Of a stretch of DNA of 64,000 nucleotides, positions 23,849 through 34,869 are shown in pieces. Source of the stretch: Gracilinanus agilis (lineage: Eukaryota). The DNA lies in contig NC_058134.1 in the NCBI RefSeq assembly GCF_016433145.1, positions 1,513,459 through 1,577,458 of the forward strand, written 5' to 3'. A program made the position numbers and the translations under genes. The first letter of the stretch is position 1; the number at the start of each line of letters is the position of its first letter. Below the pieces are notes generated by a model, which worked only from the letters and a program-made list of their open reading frames with translations, searched no databases and had not been told where the DNA came from.

Positions 23849-25338
23849 GATAGAGCACAAAGAACACATGCATGGGCCTCATCCCCCAGGCTCCTCCCCC
23901 TCTAATGAAGGAAGGGAAGCTCTGTGGGCACTCGCCTCCCCTCTGCCCACTCCCACAGGCCACCTTTGTTGAGAGCTGGGCTGTTCACCTCCCTTTTCCC
24001 CAAAAGCAGCAGCAGAGGGGAGGTGGGCTGGGTGCCCCAAGTTGCTGAGCAGTCAGCTAACACCTCCAGCAATGGCATGAGCACCCACAGCTTTCCGGCT
24101 GCAGAGTCCCTGCCCAAGAATCGCAGCAGCCCCAGCTCTGGAGGAACACCCGAGGCCATCTGCTCAAGCCTGGGGCCCGCAGCCTGAGCCTCGTTGGCCA
24201 GCCCTGCTGGGCAGAAGCAGACTTCCTTGCATCCCGCCACGAGCCAGCACGAAGGAGAGCGGCTGGAATGGGGCCTGCACGTCCTGCGCGTTGGTAGACG
24301 AGGAGGAGGTGGGAGCCGAGGCTGGCCTCGGAGGGCTTCCGCCTCTGCCATAAACCCGCATGGCATCATTCCGCCTCCACATGCTGGGGGCGCCCAGAAG
24401 ACTAAGGGAGCCTCGTTCGATGTAGTAAGTCACACGTGACAGGCCCAGTCCCTAGAAGGCCAGGCTGGTGGCCAAGAACCCGGCCCAGCAGGCCCCAGCG
24501 ATGAGCCGAGGCTGCCATCCTGGGAGCTACCCTGGCCCTGGGCCGTCTGGGAGCCCAAGGCCAGGGGTGGCACGAAGGAACCTGCCACGCAGCCCCCGAG
24601 GCCCTGGGGGAGGCGCGAGGTGACCAGGGCCGTCCTGGACGGGGGTCCCAGCCCTGCCCACCAGGAAGCGGAGCCTTTGCCAGAGGCCACACTCACGGAG
24701 GGGCTTCCTGCCTTACTTTCACTCCAGGGTCTCCGAGTCCTCGTGGCAAGGTCGGGGGGCTGCGAGGAAAGCAGAGCGAGGAGAAATTGTTCCTCGTGCC
24801 TCCCCTCCCTGCTCCGAGCCTGCTTCCCGCCCCTGCCCGTGGGCCCAGCACTGTGCTAGCATCCCAGCCGTGGAGGCAGGACCCAGGCCGGAGCCCGCCG
24901 GAGAGCCCAAGGGAAGGCCCGGGGCCCCAATTCCGGGACTGGAGAGCCGGCACAGGCAGCCCGAAGGAAGGGCCTCCCCAAGGCCTGTCCGTGGCTGCCG
25001 TGCCCGGGCGGGCTGGCACCGTCTGACGTGTGTGGCAGCCCCATCGTTTCGTCATAGAGGAGGGCGAGGGGCCAACGGCGTTTCCTCTGCTTTTGTAGAA
25101 AAGTTTTGTCACGTCTGGCCGCCTCCGCACGCCAGGGACACGGAACCGGGGAGCCTCGGACCCGGCCCGAAGGAGGCTAGGATGGAGGCAGAGCTCGTGC
25201 CGGGCTCCCAGAGCCCCCTGCGAGGCTCTTCCCTCGGCCCTGTGGGCCCCCCAGAATCTGCCCTCCACTTCCCACGGATCTCGGGGCCCCAGCGCCCTGC
25301 CACCCCCAGAACGGAAGGGGAAGAAGCCACCCTCACAC

Positions 25339-25384
25339 CTTTGGGTCCTGGAACCCCCTCCGCTCCTCGAGGCCCCGGGGCACC
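25339..25384 (-). pseudogene. COL28A1: COL28A1 exon remnant GAPGPRGAEGVPGPK (human GVQGPRGPVGAPGLK)
   Basis: Reads cctttccccag|GGT GCC CCG GGG CCT CGA GGA GCG GAG GGG GTT CCA GGA CCC AAA G|gtgtga: five perfect Gly-X-Y triplets. It is 46 bp to the GT against an expected 45, so +1 nt. Confidence 0.78.
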
Positions 25385-27507
25385 CTGGGGAAAGGCCATT
25401 GGGCCGAGAGCCTCTGAGCCGGGAAGATCAATGGGAAGAAAAGCCTCCCGCGGCTCCCTTAATGGCCTCCTGGAGGCTCCGTCAATGGCCTTCCCCGGCC
25501 TGGCTCCGGGCCACAGACAGCCCTGCTGAAATGGACCTGAACCGAGCACGAGTCCTGCCCAGAAGGGGGGCCCGGGAGAGGGAGCCCCGATTCTGCAGGC
25601 AGCGCTTGGAAAGCGTCCAAGTCCCCCGAGGAGAGAAGCGAAGCAGGAGAAACGAGGAAGAGAATCGGAACCTTCGGGTCCCAAGGTGGGCACGAGGCTC
25701 CCGCAGAACCGGGCCGAATCTCCCAGGCTCCAGCCGACGCTGCCCGCCCTGTCCGGCCTCCAGCCCCCTCGCCCAGACCCCCTCAGCCCTGGGCCCTCTC
25801 CGAGGCTCCGCTCAGGCCCGGCCCGGGAGGAAGGGGCCTTCCTTCGTGCTCCCCCGGCCCAGAACACACGGGGCGGCTGTTGGTGAAGGCCATCCGAGGA
25901 CAGGCGAGGCCTGGGAGCCCCCGCGAGGGGCTGAGACGGGCCAGAAGCGGAATCTGCCGTCCTGACCCCAAGAGCGACTCTCCAGGAGCCTGGTGGGAGG
26001 CACCGAGGGGCCCCGAGCAAGGAGGGTCCTGCACGCACCCTCTCCTCGCTGGACCCCTAGGAGGGAAGCCGGCTGCAAGCGATGGAGCCGTGGACGGCCA
26101 GCACGCCGGAGACGGGAGCCGGAAATCAGGGGCGGCCCTTGGGGCCCTCGGTGTCCCCTTCTTCCCGTCGTCTCCCCGAAAACAGGAGGATGAAAGCTGG
26201 GGAGCTGCGAGCCAGAGGCCTCCCGGGCCTTGCCCAGCGGCTGCTCCGAGCCTGTCCCCGGCCTTCCCCCCCGGGGGGCTCAGTCAGCTCCAGCGGCTCC
26301 CTCTCCGGGATGTCCGGCTCAGAGAAGCCCTCTCGGGCTCCTTCGCACCCACTTTGCAGGCTTCGTCCCCAACAAGAGACAGACGGACAGATGGTGGATG
26401 GACAGATGGATCAAGACCGGGACCAGGATGCCACGTGGCGCCACGGAGAGCCTCTGGGGCGGCATGAAATTAGGGGTACGCCCAGGGCCTGCTGAGGGCT
26501 CCCCCTCGCTCACCACCTGGCTGGGGGCTGAGCCCAGACCCAGAGAACTCTGTGGGGAATGGAGGCCCCGCCGGGCCCGACTCCGTCAGAGCCGCCGCGC
26601 TGCCGGGCCCGACTCTGTGGATGGCTGCGGTGGGACGGAGGGATCCGAAGCCGCCGGGCATCGCCCAGACGGGCCGCCTCGGCCCACGCGCCCAGCCTCT
26701 CGGGAGTCCGTTTCCGGGCAGACAAGAGGCTCTCCTGGGTTTCTTCAGCTCCAACAGTCTGGGATTGGGGGAATCCTGGGGCCAAACCGGTGGCCTCTGG
26801 GGAGGTTTTCTCCCCTCCCCAAGAGTCCTCCTCCGCTGCCTCATCATGGCGGGAGGCTCTGCCGGTCCTGGCAAGTAGGAGAGGGTTTGGGGAAGGGGCC
26901 GGAGACCGCCGGAGTCCCTGTCATGCCCGCAGGAGACTTTGGCTGCGGAACGAGGTTTCAGGCCCAGAGAGTCGCCCCCTCCAGCCCCTCAAGACACCGG
27001 AGGAGGGAAGGTGTTGGGACCTGCACCAGCGGGGCGAGGACCCCCCAGCCCCCCAAGGGCTCTGGCACGGGGGTGTCTCTTGGGGGCGCCCCAGCCCTGA
27101 CACCCAACAGATGCGTTCACACCCCAAGCGCGGGCCCGGAGCGGCCTCCTATCGTCTGCCGCTGCTCGAGGCCCCTCTGGGCTAGGCTGCCCTTGGCCAG
27201 GGCCTCCTTCTGGGCCTCCTTCCTGGGAGTCCGGCTTCCCCCAGAGGGGACGACATTGCGCGGCATTCGTGGCCACGTCGGCCGCCAAGCAGCCTTCACC
27301 CCGCGCTCTGCAGAAGGCGTCCACGTTTCCCAGTCGGGCCAAAGTGGAGTCACAAGGCCGGGGGCCAGGCGGGATCCGAGATCCCAAAGGGCAGAGGAAG
27401 CTGCTTTGTGACCGAAGAAATCAGGGCGCCATGGAAGAGGCAGCAGCCGGGCTTCCGGGGTTGGCTTCGCTTCTAGGCGGCCCTTCCATCTTCCATCCAC
27501 CTTCCTC

Positions 27508-27836
27508 NNNNNNNNNNNNNNNNNNNNNNNNNNNNNNNNNNNNNNNNNNNNNNNNNNNNNNNNNNNNNNNNNNNNNNNNNNNNNNNNNNNNNNNNNNNNN
27601 NNNNNNNNNNNNNNNNNNNNNNNNNNNNNNNNNNNNNNNNNNNNNNNNNNNNNNNNNNNNNNNNNNNNNNNNNNNNNNNNNNNNNNNNNNNNNNNNNNNN
27701 NNNNNNNNNNNNNNNNNNNNNNNNNNNNNNNNNNNNNNNNNNNNNNNNNNNNNNNNNNNNNNNNNNNNNNNNNNNNNNNNNNNNNNNNNNNNNNNNNNNN
27801 NNNNNNNNNNNNNNNNNNNNNNNNNNNNNNNNNNNN
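27508..27836. other. Assembly gap (329 N) in a pyrimidine-rich low-complexity tract
   Basis: Run of n. Confidence 1.
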
Positions 27837-29629
27837 TCTTCCTCCATCCTTCCTCTTCTTCCTCCTCTTCCTCCCTCCCTTCCTCCTCAATAGGGCAGGG
27901 AACACCCCGGGCCTTGGAGTCCCAGCTTTGCACTTCCGCTCGTGTGACCTCGCCTGAGACGTTTAACCTCTTTGGGGTTCAGCCTCCTCATCTGCCCAAT
28001 GGGCCCCTGAAGGCCCCCCCGGATGCAGACCTCTGATCTCCCTGCAGTCACGCAGACTGAGGGCCCTTCCAGAAGTTGGGAGCCTCTTGGGCCTCCCTCA
28101 TGTGTCTGTCCTCCATCCGGACTTCCCTCCTGGTCAGACGCCCCCGTGCCCCCCCTTAGAGGCTCTCCGGCTCCTGGACTCGGTCTTGAAGCCAGGGCGC
28201 ATGACTCTAAGCACTGAGCTGAATCGAGGGCCCCCAAGCCAGAGATGGGGGTCCGGGGCCCGCTCCCCGCTCCCTCCCCGGGCCCTGCTGTCTCAGCTCA
28301 TCTGGGCCAGCGAGGTCCGGGAGCCAAGGAGATCCTCCCCTTTGGGGCGAGCCGCTGGCCCCCCGGGGCCCGCGCAGGGCTGGCTGGTGGGCCTGGAGCT
28401 CTCCAGAACCAGGAAGAGTGGCCGCTGCCTTTGTGCCCCAGCCCCAGCCCCTGGTGAGTACGGGAGGAGTCCGAGCGTTGGCTCCTGCCAAGGATGCAGA
28501 CTGGGCGCCAGGACGCCTGGCACCTGGGCCTCCCCCGGGTGTCCTCAGCCAAGCGCTGGCTGCCCGCCTAGCACGGGGGAGAAGGAATCTGTGGGAAAGC
28601 TGCCCGAGAAGCCCCGAGGCTGCGCCGCTCCAGTCTCCATGGGGCCTGTCTTGGTCCCCGGCCCTTCGCTCCTGGCCCTCCTCTTCCCTCTGATCACAGG
28701 CAGTGGGCACTGCCGTGGGCAGAGACCCTCGCCCGGGGGACCCGGCATCGGGCCCCTGGGAAAGTCCCTCGACTCCTCTTGGGCTCAGTTTCCCCGTCTG
28801 TAAGATGGACGTGAGTGTGGCGTGTCCTTGGTGCTAGCGAACAGGGAGAGGCTGCTGTTCCCAGTCAAATGTGTCTCGAGTCCCAAACCTGGGGGGGGCG
28901 AACCCTCGGCCTCGGGGGCCCACGAAGGCCGACCGGGTTTGCAGGTTTCTGTTCCGGCTCCGCCGCTTCCTGGTGGCACCGCGCTTGGATCAGAGCCAGA
29001 GGCCCTCTGCGGCCTGCCGCTTGGCCGTGTGACCTTGGCGGAGTCCTTTCCCCACTCGGGCCTCTGCGAAATGGGGGTAAGGGACGAGGGCTCTTGTGGC
29101 ACGGGACATTCGGGGGTCCTGGCCCAATTCTGAGGGAGGGCCCTGGTCTACCCTCCTGTGGGCACTTCGGGCTCTTTGAACCTGCATTTCCCGTGGTTCC
29201 TCTCGTGTGATCACGGAGCCGGGAAGGAAGCACTGGAGGGCCTGACGCAGGAGGAGCCCCGCAGCGGCTTCCCTGTTCTGATGGCTGTTTGTAAGGCTTT
29301 AAACAGGATCTCTTTAAATCGGACCTGTTTTATCACTTTATTTCTCGCCGTCTCGGCGCTCCTCGCCATCGCCAGGCCTTGGCAAGGGCCCATTTTCTCC
29401 CGTCCTTTGGCCCGATGGTCCGTGTCTTAGGGCAGCCGGTGCCAGCCTGTGGGGGGCAGGATGGGGGGACGCCGGGCTCGCCGGGGCTCCTGAAGGCCGG
29501 GGCCGAGGCACAGAAATCTTCCCCAGAGTGTCAGCGGAGCTGAGCTGGGAACGGGATCTGCTGCGGACACACGTGGTCCGGCTCTGCTCCAGCCCCCGCT
29601 AAGCCAGGCCAGAGCCAGTGCACGCTCAC

Positions 29630-29696
29630 CTTCGGACCCTGGACTCCAAATCCTGGCCCTGAAGGCCGGGGGCGCCAGTCTGGCCCCTCCTGAGCT
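29630..29696 (-). pseudogene. COL28A1: COL28A1 exon remnant GQTGAPGLQG/GFGVQGPK (human [23 protein letters not shown])
   Basis: Ends GGA TTT GGA GTC CAG GGT CCG AAG|gtgagc. The Gly-X-Y frame shifts in mid-exon (about a 4-nt deletion). Confidence 0.82.
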
Positions 29697-30121
29697 CTGC
29701 GGAGGAATCGGGGACCCCAAAGGCCTCCACGGCCTCACTGGCCGCCGACCCCCTGAGAAGACGGCCAGGCCCTGGCCGCCTGAGCCTTAGCCAAAGGAAG
29801 CTTGGGGCCCCCCAGCACCGAAGAAGGAGGGAGCCTCTCGGGCTTCTCCGGCCCTCCTCCTGGTATCAGAGGTTGGCATCTGCCAGGGGTCCGGCCCGGG
29901 CCGTGGGACGTCCCAGAGCAGAAGGCAAGGAACCCCCGAGGATTCAATAGTCCAACTTTCAATGGGCTGAAGAATGCTGCCTTTGGGGGCTCCCCAGTAG
30001 CTGGACCAGGTCTGGGGGGGCTGCTGACTTCCCAGGGGTATTACCCCTCCCACTGGGCGCTTCTGTGCCCTGGCAGCCGACGCAGGCTTAATCTCAGAGC
30101 TGCTCCGGTGGAGGACCTCAC

Positions 30122-30175
30122 CTTGGGCCCAGGGAGTCATCCCCAGGGAGAGCCTAATGGAAACTATGGGAGACC
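30122..30175 (-). pseudogene. COL28A1: COL28A1 exon remnant ending G*LPGPK (human GIQG...GQGLPGSK)
   Basis: Ends GGA TGA CTC CCT GGG CCC AAG|gtgagg with in-frame stops. It lies in the expected order between the 31545 and 29696 exons. Confidence 0.6.
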
Positions 30176-30178
30176 ATG

Positions 30179-30179
<1 letters not shown>

Positions 30180-30224
<45 letters not shown>
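30180..30224. repeat. (CAGA)11 microsatellite
   Basis: Directly visible. Confidence 0.97.
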
Positions 30225-30225
<1 letters not shown>

Positions 30226-30239
30226 AGAGAGCCTGCGTG

Positions 30240-30800
30240 GCCGTGTAGAAGATGAGGGTCTCAGGGCAAATCCTCTGGCTCGGGCACCCCCACGTAGGGT
30301 ACACGCACGATCTGATGAGCCCAAAGGTAGGAGGAGAACGAGGGGAGAGAAGGGTCAGCAGAAAGCCAGGCCTCCGACAGTCGGGAGAAGCGAGATGACC
30401 AGGAGCCGAGCCTCGCCAGTCCTTGGGAGGACAGTCGGCGGAGGGACGGCGGCAGAGGCAGATCCCGGCGGCTTCAGGAGCGAGCAGGAGGTGCTTAAGT
30501 AGAGGCGACCCTCCGAGGCGAGAAGGGCAGAACGCACCCAAGAAAGGGAAGAGAGGCCGCGGCAGGCTTGCGAGGAGGTCCGCTTGCACAGAGGAGATGT
30601 GGCCGTGCTCGAAAGCCGCTGGGAAGGAGCAGGCGCTGCGAGGAGGCTGGAAGACAAGGGCCGTGCTATGGGATGGGCGCAGGGATCGGGGGCATAAGAA
30701 GGGGGGTGGTATTGGCAAGGGGAGGACAAAGAAGACTATCCCCGCTCCCGGGAAGCTTCTACTCTACTGGGTCTAGGAACGTGGGCAAAGAACAGCTGGC
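30240..30800. mobile_element. Probable L2 remnant
   Basis: gaagactatccccgctcccgggaagcttctactctactggg resembles the L2 3' region (gacagtccctgccctcaaggagcttacattcta). The rest is purine-rich and L2-like. Confidence 0.45.
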
Positions 30801-30831
30801 ACAGCATGCGCACCGTTCTCTTCCTTTTTTA

Positions 30832-30998
30832 AAGCCTTTACTTCTGTCCTAGCAACAACTCCGAGTGAAAGGGCAAGGGCTTAGGCAAAGGGGGGTAAGT
30901 GACTTGCCCAGGATCACACAGCTAGGACATGTCGGATTTGAACCCAGGCGCTCCTGCCTCCAGGCTTGGCACTCTTTACTGTGCCAGCCAGCTGCCCC
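30832..30998 (-). mobile_element. Marsupial SINE
   Basis: aagtgacttgcccaggatcacacagctagga...gatttgaacccagg...cagctgcccc. Confidence 0.9.
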
Positions 30999-31476
30999 AT
31001 GAGGTCATTGCTATAGAAAAAAAGAGGGACAGACACCTAACAAAGAACACATCCGAAGACGGACAATAAGAATAACCCTCCCAGAAGGGGGAAACTTCAA
31101 AGGAAACACAGCCACAATTTGACAAGCGGCCGTCTCTTCCCTGCCTCTTTGAGTCCCTGCTGGTTGCCACACAACCGGAGGGGGACAGTACACTGGCAGG
31201 CCTTGGTGGGAGTCAGTGCCAGGAGGCTCCCGAGGACTTGGGCACGAGGGGCAGGAAGCTGAGCGGGAGGTGTGTGCCGGAGGCACATCTGGCAGCGGAG
31301 GAGTTAGTGATCTGGGAGACTCCAAAGGACGGAAGAACCCCCTCCAGCAGCGTGGCCACAGGGCCTCCTTTGGGAGCCAGATGGAGGATGAGGCTCTGGG
31401 GCTGCCCCAGGGAGAGGTGGCCATGGCCACAGGGAAGCCCTGGATGGACACAAACGACAGGGAAGATGGCACGTAC

Positions 31477-31545
31477 CCGGTTGCCCTGAGTCCCGAGTCC
31501 AGGGGCACCCCTTGGCCCTCGAGGTCCCCCGGGCCCTAAATCTCC
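31477..31545 (-). pseudogene. COL28A1: Intact 69-bp COL28A1 exon GDLGPGGPRGPRGAPGLGTQGNR (human [23 protein letters not shown])
   Basis: Reads ttactttccctgcag|GGA GAT TTA ... GGC AAC CGG|gtacgt. It has the exact 69-bp length, an open frame, all glycines conserved including the GIG/GLG interruption typical of COL28A1, and both splice sites. Confidence 0.9.
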
Positions 31546-31919
31546 CTGCAGGGAAAGTAAGACAACGTGTGCCTCCGAATGAGGGCATTCAGAGCTGGCT
31601 ATCTTGTGTTTCTAGAACGGATCCTCCCCACCGGGAGAGACTCTAGTCTCCCTCCCACGGGCCGCCCTGCGCATGAGGAAACAGATGGGAAGTGACTTAT
31701 CCAAGGCTACCTAGCCAGGAAGTGTCTGAGCCAGTATTTGAAGCTACACCTTCTGCCCTGGACACTTCGTGATATAGTGGAAAGAATGGCAGCTGACTCT
31801 GAAGCCCAAAGGCCTGGATTCAAGGTCTCCCTACTTACTCCCCCTGCTACCACACAGCCAACTTCTGGGAGCCTCTGTTTCTAGCTTTTAACCGATACTT
31901 GGAGCACCTGTTTGGCAGA

Positions 31920-33010
31920 GCTATTGGGAGATTCATGGGAAATCACGGCTGCCAGAACTTGCCACCATTTCAAGCCCTCTGTCAATGCCGAATATTATTT
32001 TTCTTCCGTCTGCTGGCCTCGTGGGTACCGAGCACATCCTTAGTCGTCCCCTTCTGAGGGCTGCCGGCTTGGCAGGCCCAAGAGGACGTGGCCGACTCCT
32101 TGCCGCGGTGCTAATTATGGGATGCGGAGGAAGATCAGCAGAGCGGACTAGATCTACAGCACCCAGATGGGAGCTCAGCACTGAGAATCCCCAAAGCCCA
32201 GCAAGTGGAGCCGGAGCTCCGGCTCAGCCCCCAACTTCGAGAACTGACGGAAATCGGTTCACTCCAAAGCCTCACAGCCGAGCCAAGGCGAGCTCCGAAC
32301 GGCCGCGCGACTTCACCCGAAGGCCACGCCATGAAAAACCGCTACAGAGAAGCTAAAAGGGGCGACTTTGGCTACGTGAAACCGAAAACGGTTTTACACG
32401 CGGAAACCAACCACTCGCTGGGAGAAAAGTCTTTGCGGCGACTTTCTTTGTGATCAACCCAAATATATAAGAAACGGATTCCAGTTTTTAAGGCGTCCCC
32501 AAATTCACATCGCCGAAGGCTGAGAAGGAGAGAACGCAAGTCATGGGTGGCCTCGCCAATCACGTCAGCAAAGGCAGCGGCAGTGGGAAACGACAACTGA
32601 TGGAGGCGCTGCCGGCAAAGGGACTAGGAAGGCCCTGTTAGCAGAGTGTGATTCGGGCCACCAGTTCTGGAAAGCAGTTTGGAGCTCCGGCCTCAAAGCT
32701 GCAGAACTGACCCAGCGATACCATGGCCAGGTCTACGCTCAAAGGAGATCAGAGAGGAGAAACACGTCCACACTGAATCCCTGGGAGCTGGGAAGACCAC
32801 GAGGAGAGGGGAGACGAGGGAAGCCTGGGCCCAGAGCCCCAGCACACAGACAGTGGGGGGCTGAGATGCGCCCCCAAGGACAATCCGGGAAAGGCGACTG
32901 AGGCAGTCCTGGGGCTTCCACTGCCCTGGACCACAAGACGGTGACGTAGGAGCCCAGAAGGGCAAAGGAAGGAGTTTGCTCTACAGAGTGGAGGGTGCGT
33001 GGGAGTCTGG
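31920..33010 (+). mobile_element. Decayed LINE-1 ORF2 3' region, GC/CpG-enriched
   Basis: TDPAIPWPGLRSKEI (ORF 32679-32864) matches the L1 ORF2 C-terminal motif DPAIPLLG+YPKE. ccagttctggaaagcagtttggagct is an L1-type motif. Confidence 0.75.
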
Positions 33011-33134
33011 CCAGTGAGGACCAGCTCTTTACTGGTTGACTGATCCAGGCTGGCCAGTCCGAGCCTTCGGGGTCATGGAGGAGGGGAGGTTAGAAGGTGG
33101 GGCAGCGGGGCAGGGTCCACATGGGTCCCCTCAC

Positions 33135-33190
33135 CTTCTTTCCTCTGGCTTCCCCAGCCAGTCCTGCTGCTGTCCATCTGGTCTTCTCAC
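33135..33190 (-). pseudogene. COL28A1: COL28A1 exon remnant (G)EK//GLAGEARGKK (human [23 protein letters not shown])
   Basis: Ends GGA AAG AAG|gtgagg. It has an internal deletion and no acceptor AG, and lies in the expected order upstream of the 31545 exon. Confidence 0.55.
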
Positions 33191-34238
33191 AAGGAGAGGA
33201 AGGGCTTGTGGGATGGAGGTGGGGGAGGCCTGGAAGGAAGGAGGCTATGGAGCAGGGAGGCTGGGGTGGTCGTTGTGGCAGGAGGGAGGCTGAGGGACAT
33301 CTTGCTCCCAGTGGCATCATATAAGAAATGTTTTCAGCGGCTTCCTCTCCTGGAGACCCTGGCAAGAAGGAAGGGGCCTCGAAGGCAGAGCCTACCATCC
33401 CGTCCAGGAGATAGCACAGCAGCCTTCCTGGCAGAAGACTACAGACAAAATTCACTTTTCTTTAGGGAAGTTTCCTTCCTGCTTCTTCTCTGTCTCCTTC
33501 CTCATCTAAACCGTTAGGTTCCATGGCTGTGCTTCTTCTCTCTCTTCTGACTCCTTCCTCATTCATGCCCACCCCAATTCTGAGGTGAGGGCCGGACTAG
33601 GAGTCAGAGACCCGAATTTAAATCCTGCCTCAGATCCTTAGCAGCCGAGTGACCCTTGGGCCAATCACTCTCGGTGCCTCAGTGTCCTCTTCTGTCAAGT
33701 GGGCACCACAATAGCCCCATCCTCCTAGGGCTATCGGGAAGGTCAGCCCAGAGATGATCCGCAAAGAGCTTTTCTGGCTGTGGTTACTCTGGGCTCCTGT
33801 GACTACCTCTGGGCAGACGATGCCAGGCCCGTGCCCTCCTGACCTGCCCCCTGTGCTCCCCAGCCACATGCCCCACTGTGTCCGGGCCTGACTGTCCCAC
33901 TGGCTACTCAGGCTGCACCAATTTCCCCACAGACCCACTCCTCTGGGTGGTGTCACTTGTTCTGCCTGGGGCTCCCCTCTCTCACTGCATGTCCCAGGAT
34001 CCCCCTTTGACTCTCTCCTTCTCCCCTCTCTAGTCCAGGCGGTTCCTGAATCCTCTGGCCTCACCTCTGCCAGCCTGGAACAGGATTGCTCCTTGCCCTC
34101 TTTGCCCCATCATTCACCCTCTGCCTCGAGCCTCACCACTCCTCCCCTCTCTAGTCATCGGTAGCTCCCCATTCCTCCTCAGACCTCGAGCTTGAGGGCT
34201 ACCTCCCAAGTGGCGTGCCTGGCCTCGGGAGGAAGCAG

Positions 34239-34869
34239 TGTAAGGGGGAATAAGGGTTTTTTGGCTGAATATATTAAAAGATGGTCACCAGAGGATTGAA
34301 TAATTATCAATCCTCAATTAAGAATAATCTCAAGTCAAAATTGACTTTATGGAAGTTTATTTACAATTGAGAAGAGAGAGAGGAAGTGAGGAAATAAGAA
34401 TCTAACGCAGTAGGTAAATTACTACGATCCTCTAATTAATCCAGGTAGATCTAATTAACCCTCAGAGTCAGAGGGTCAGAGGCCTATTAAAGGGAAGTTC
34501 CTTAAGAGAAGTTCAGGAACATTGAGGCGGTCTTTAAACTCACCACGTGGACTTCTAAGAAGATATTGAAAATATTCTCACCGCGGTCTCAGCGTCCCAG
34601 CCAGCACTCCTCCACCGACCAGCCGCCCTCTTCACCTGAAGCCCTTTGACGCACTCAGCTCCCTCTTTTTAAAGGGGTCCCTTATGTGTCCCTTCCTGTG
34701 CCTTCCTCCTAATTTGCATGTCCAATCACAACAGACACTTCTCTTAGGACAGCCCAGGGGGCAGTCAGTCGAATCTGATTCATCCCTCACTCTAGCACAG
34801 AATTGGAGATGTTCTCACCTTTGGTGATTAAATCTAAAGATGGGCAGTATAGACTTAATCTAATTATCA
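34239..34869 (-). mobile_element. Solo ERV LTR, about 630 bp
   Basis: An AT-rich block with TG...CA termini. On the minus strand it carries an octamer (ATTTGCAT 34712-34719), CCAAT (34722-34726), a TATA-like tract (34666-34673) and AATAAA (34356-34361) in U3-R-U5 order. I could not identify a TSD. Confidence 0.75.

Larger units (their letters stand above)
12960..34010 (-). pseudogene. COL28A1: Decayed collagen XXVIII alpha 1 locus (unitary pseudogene; collagenous exons)
   Basis: Syntenic position and strand (between C1GALT1 and MIOS, minus). At least 7 clear and about 8 weaker Gly-X-Y exon remnants occur in the same order as the human COL28A1 collagen domain, most with frameshifts or stops. 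See the individual exon features. Confidence 0.85.

Noticed and set aside
29301-29330. AAACAGG...CCTGTTT inverted repeat in an AT-rich island
   Set aside because: The arms are only 7 bp, which is expected by chance.
30030-30075. GTEAPSG resembling the COL28A1 GSEGPTG exon
   Set aside because: It is out of collinear order. A better-placed remnant of that exon is at 33190-33135.
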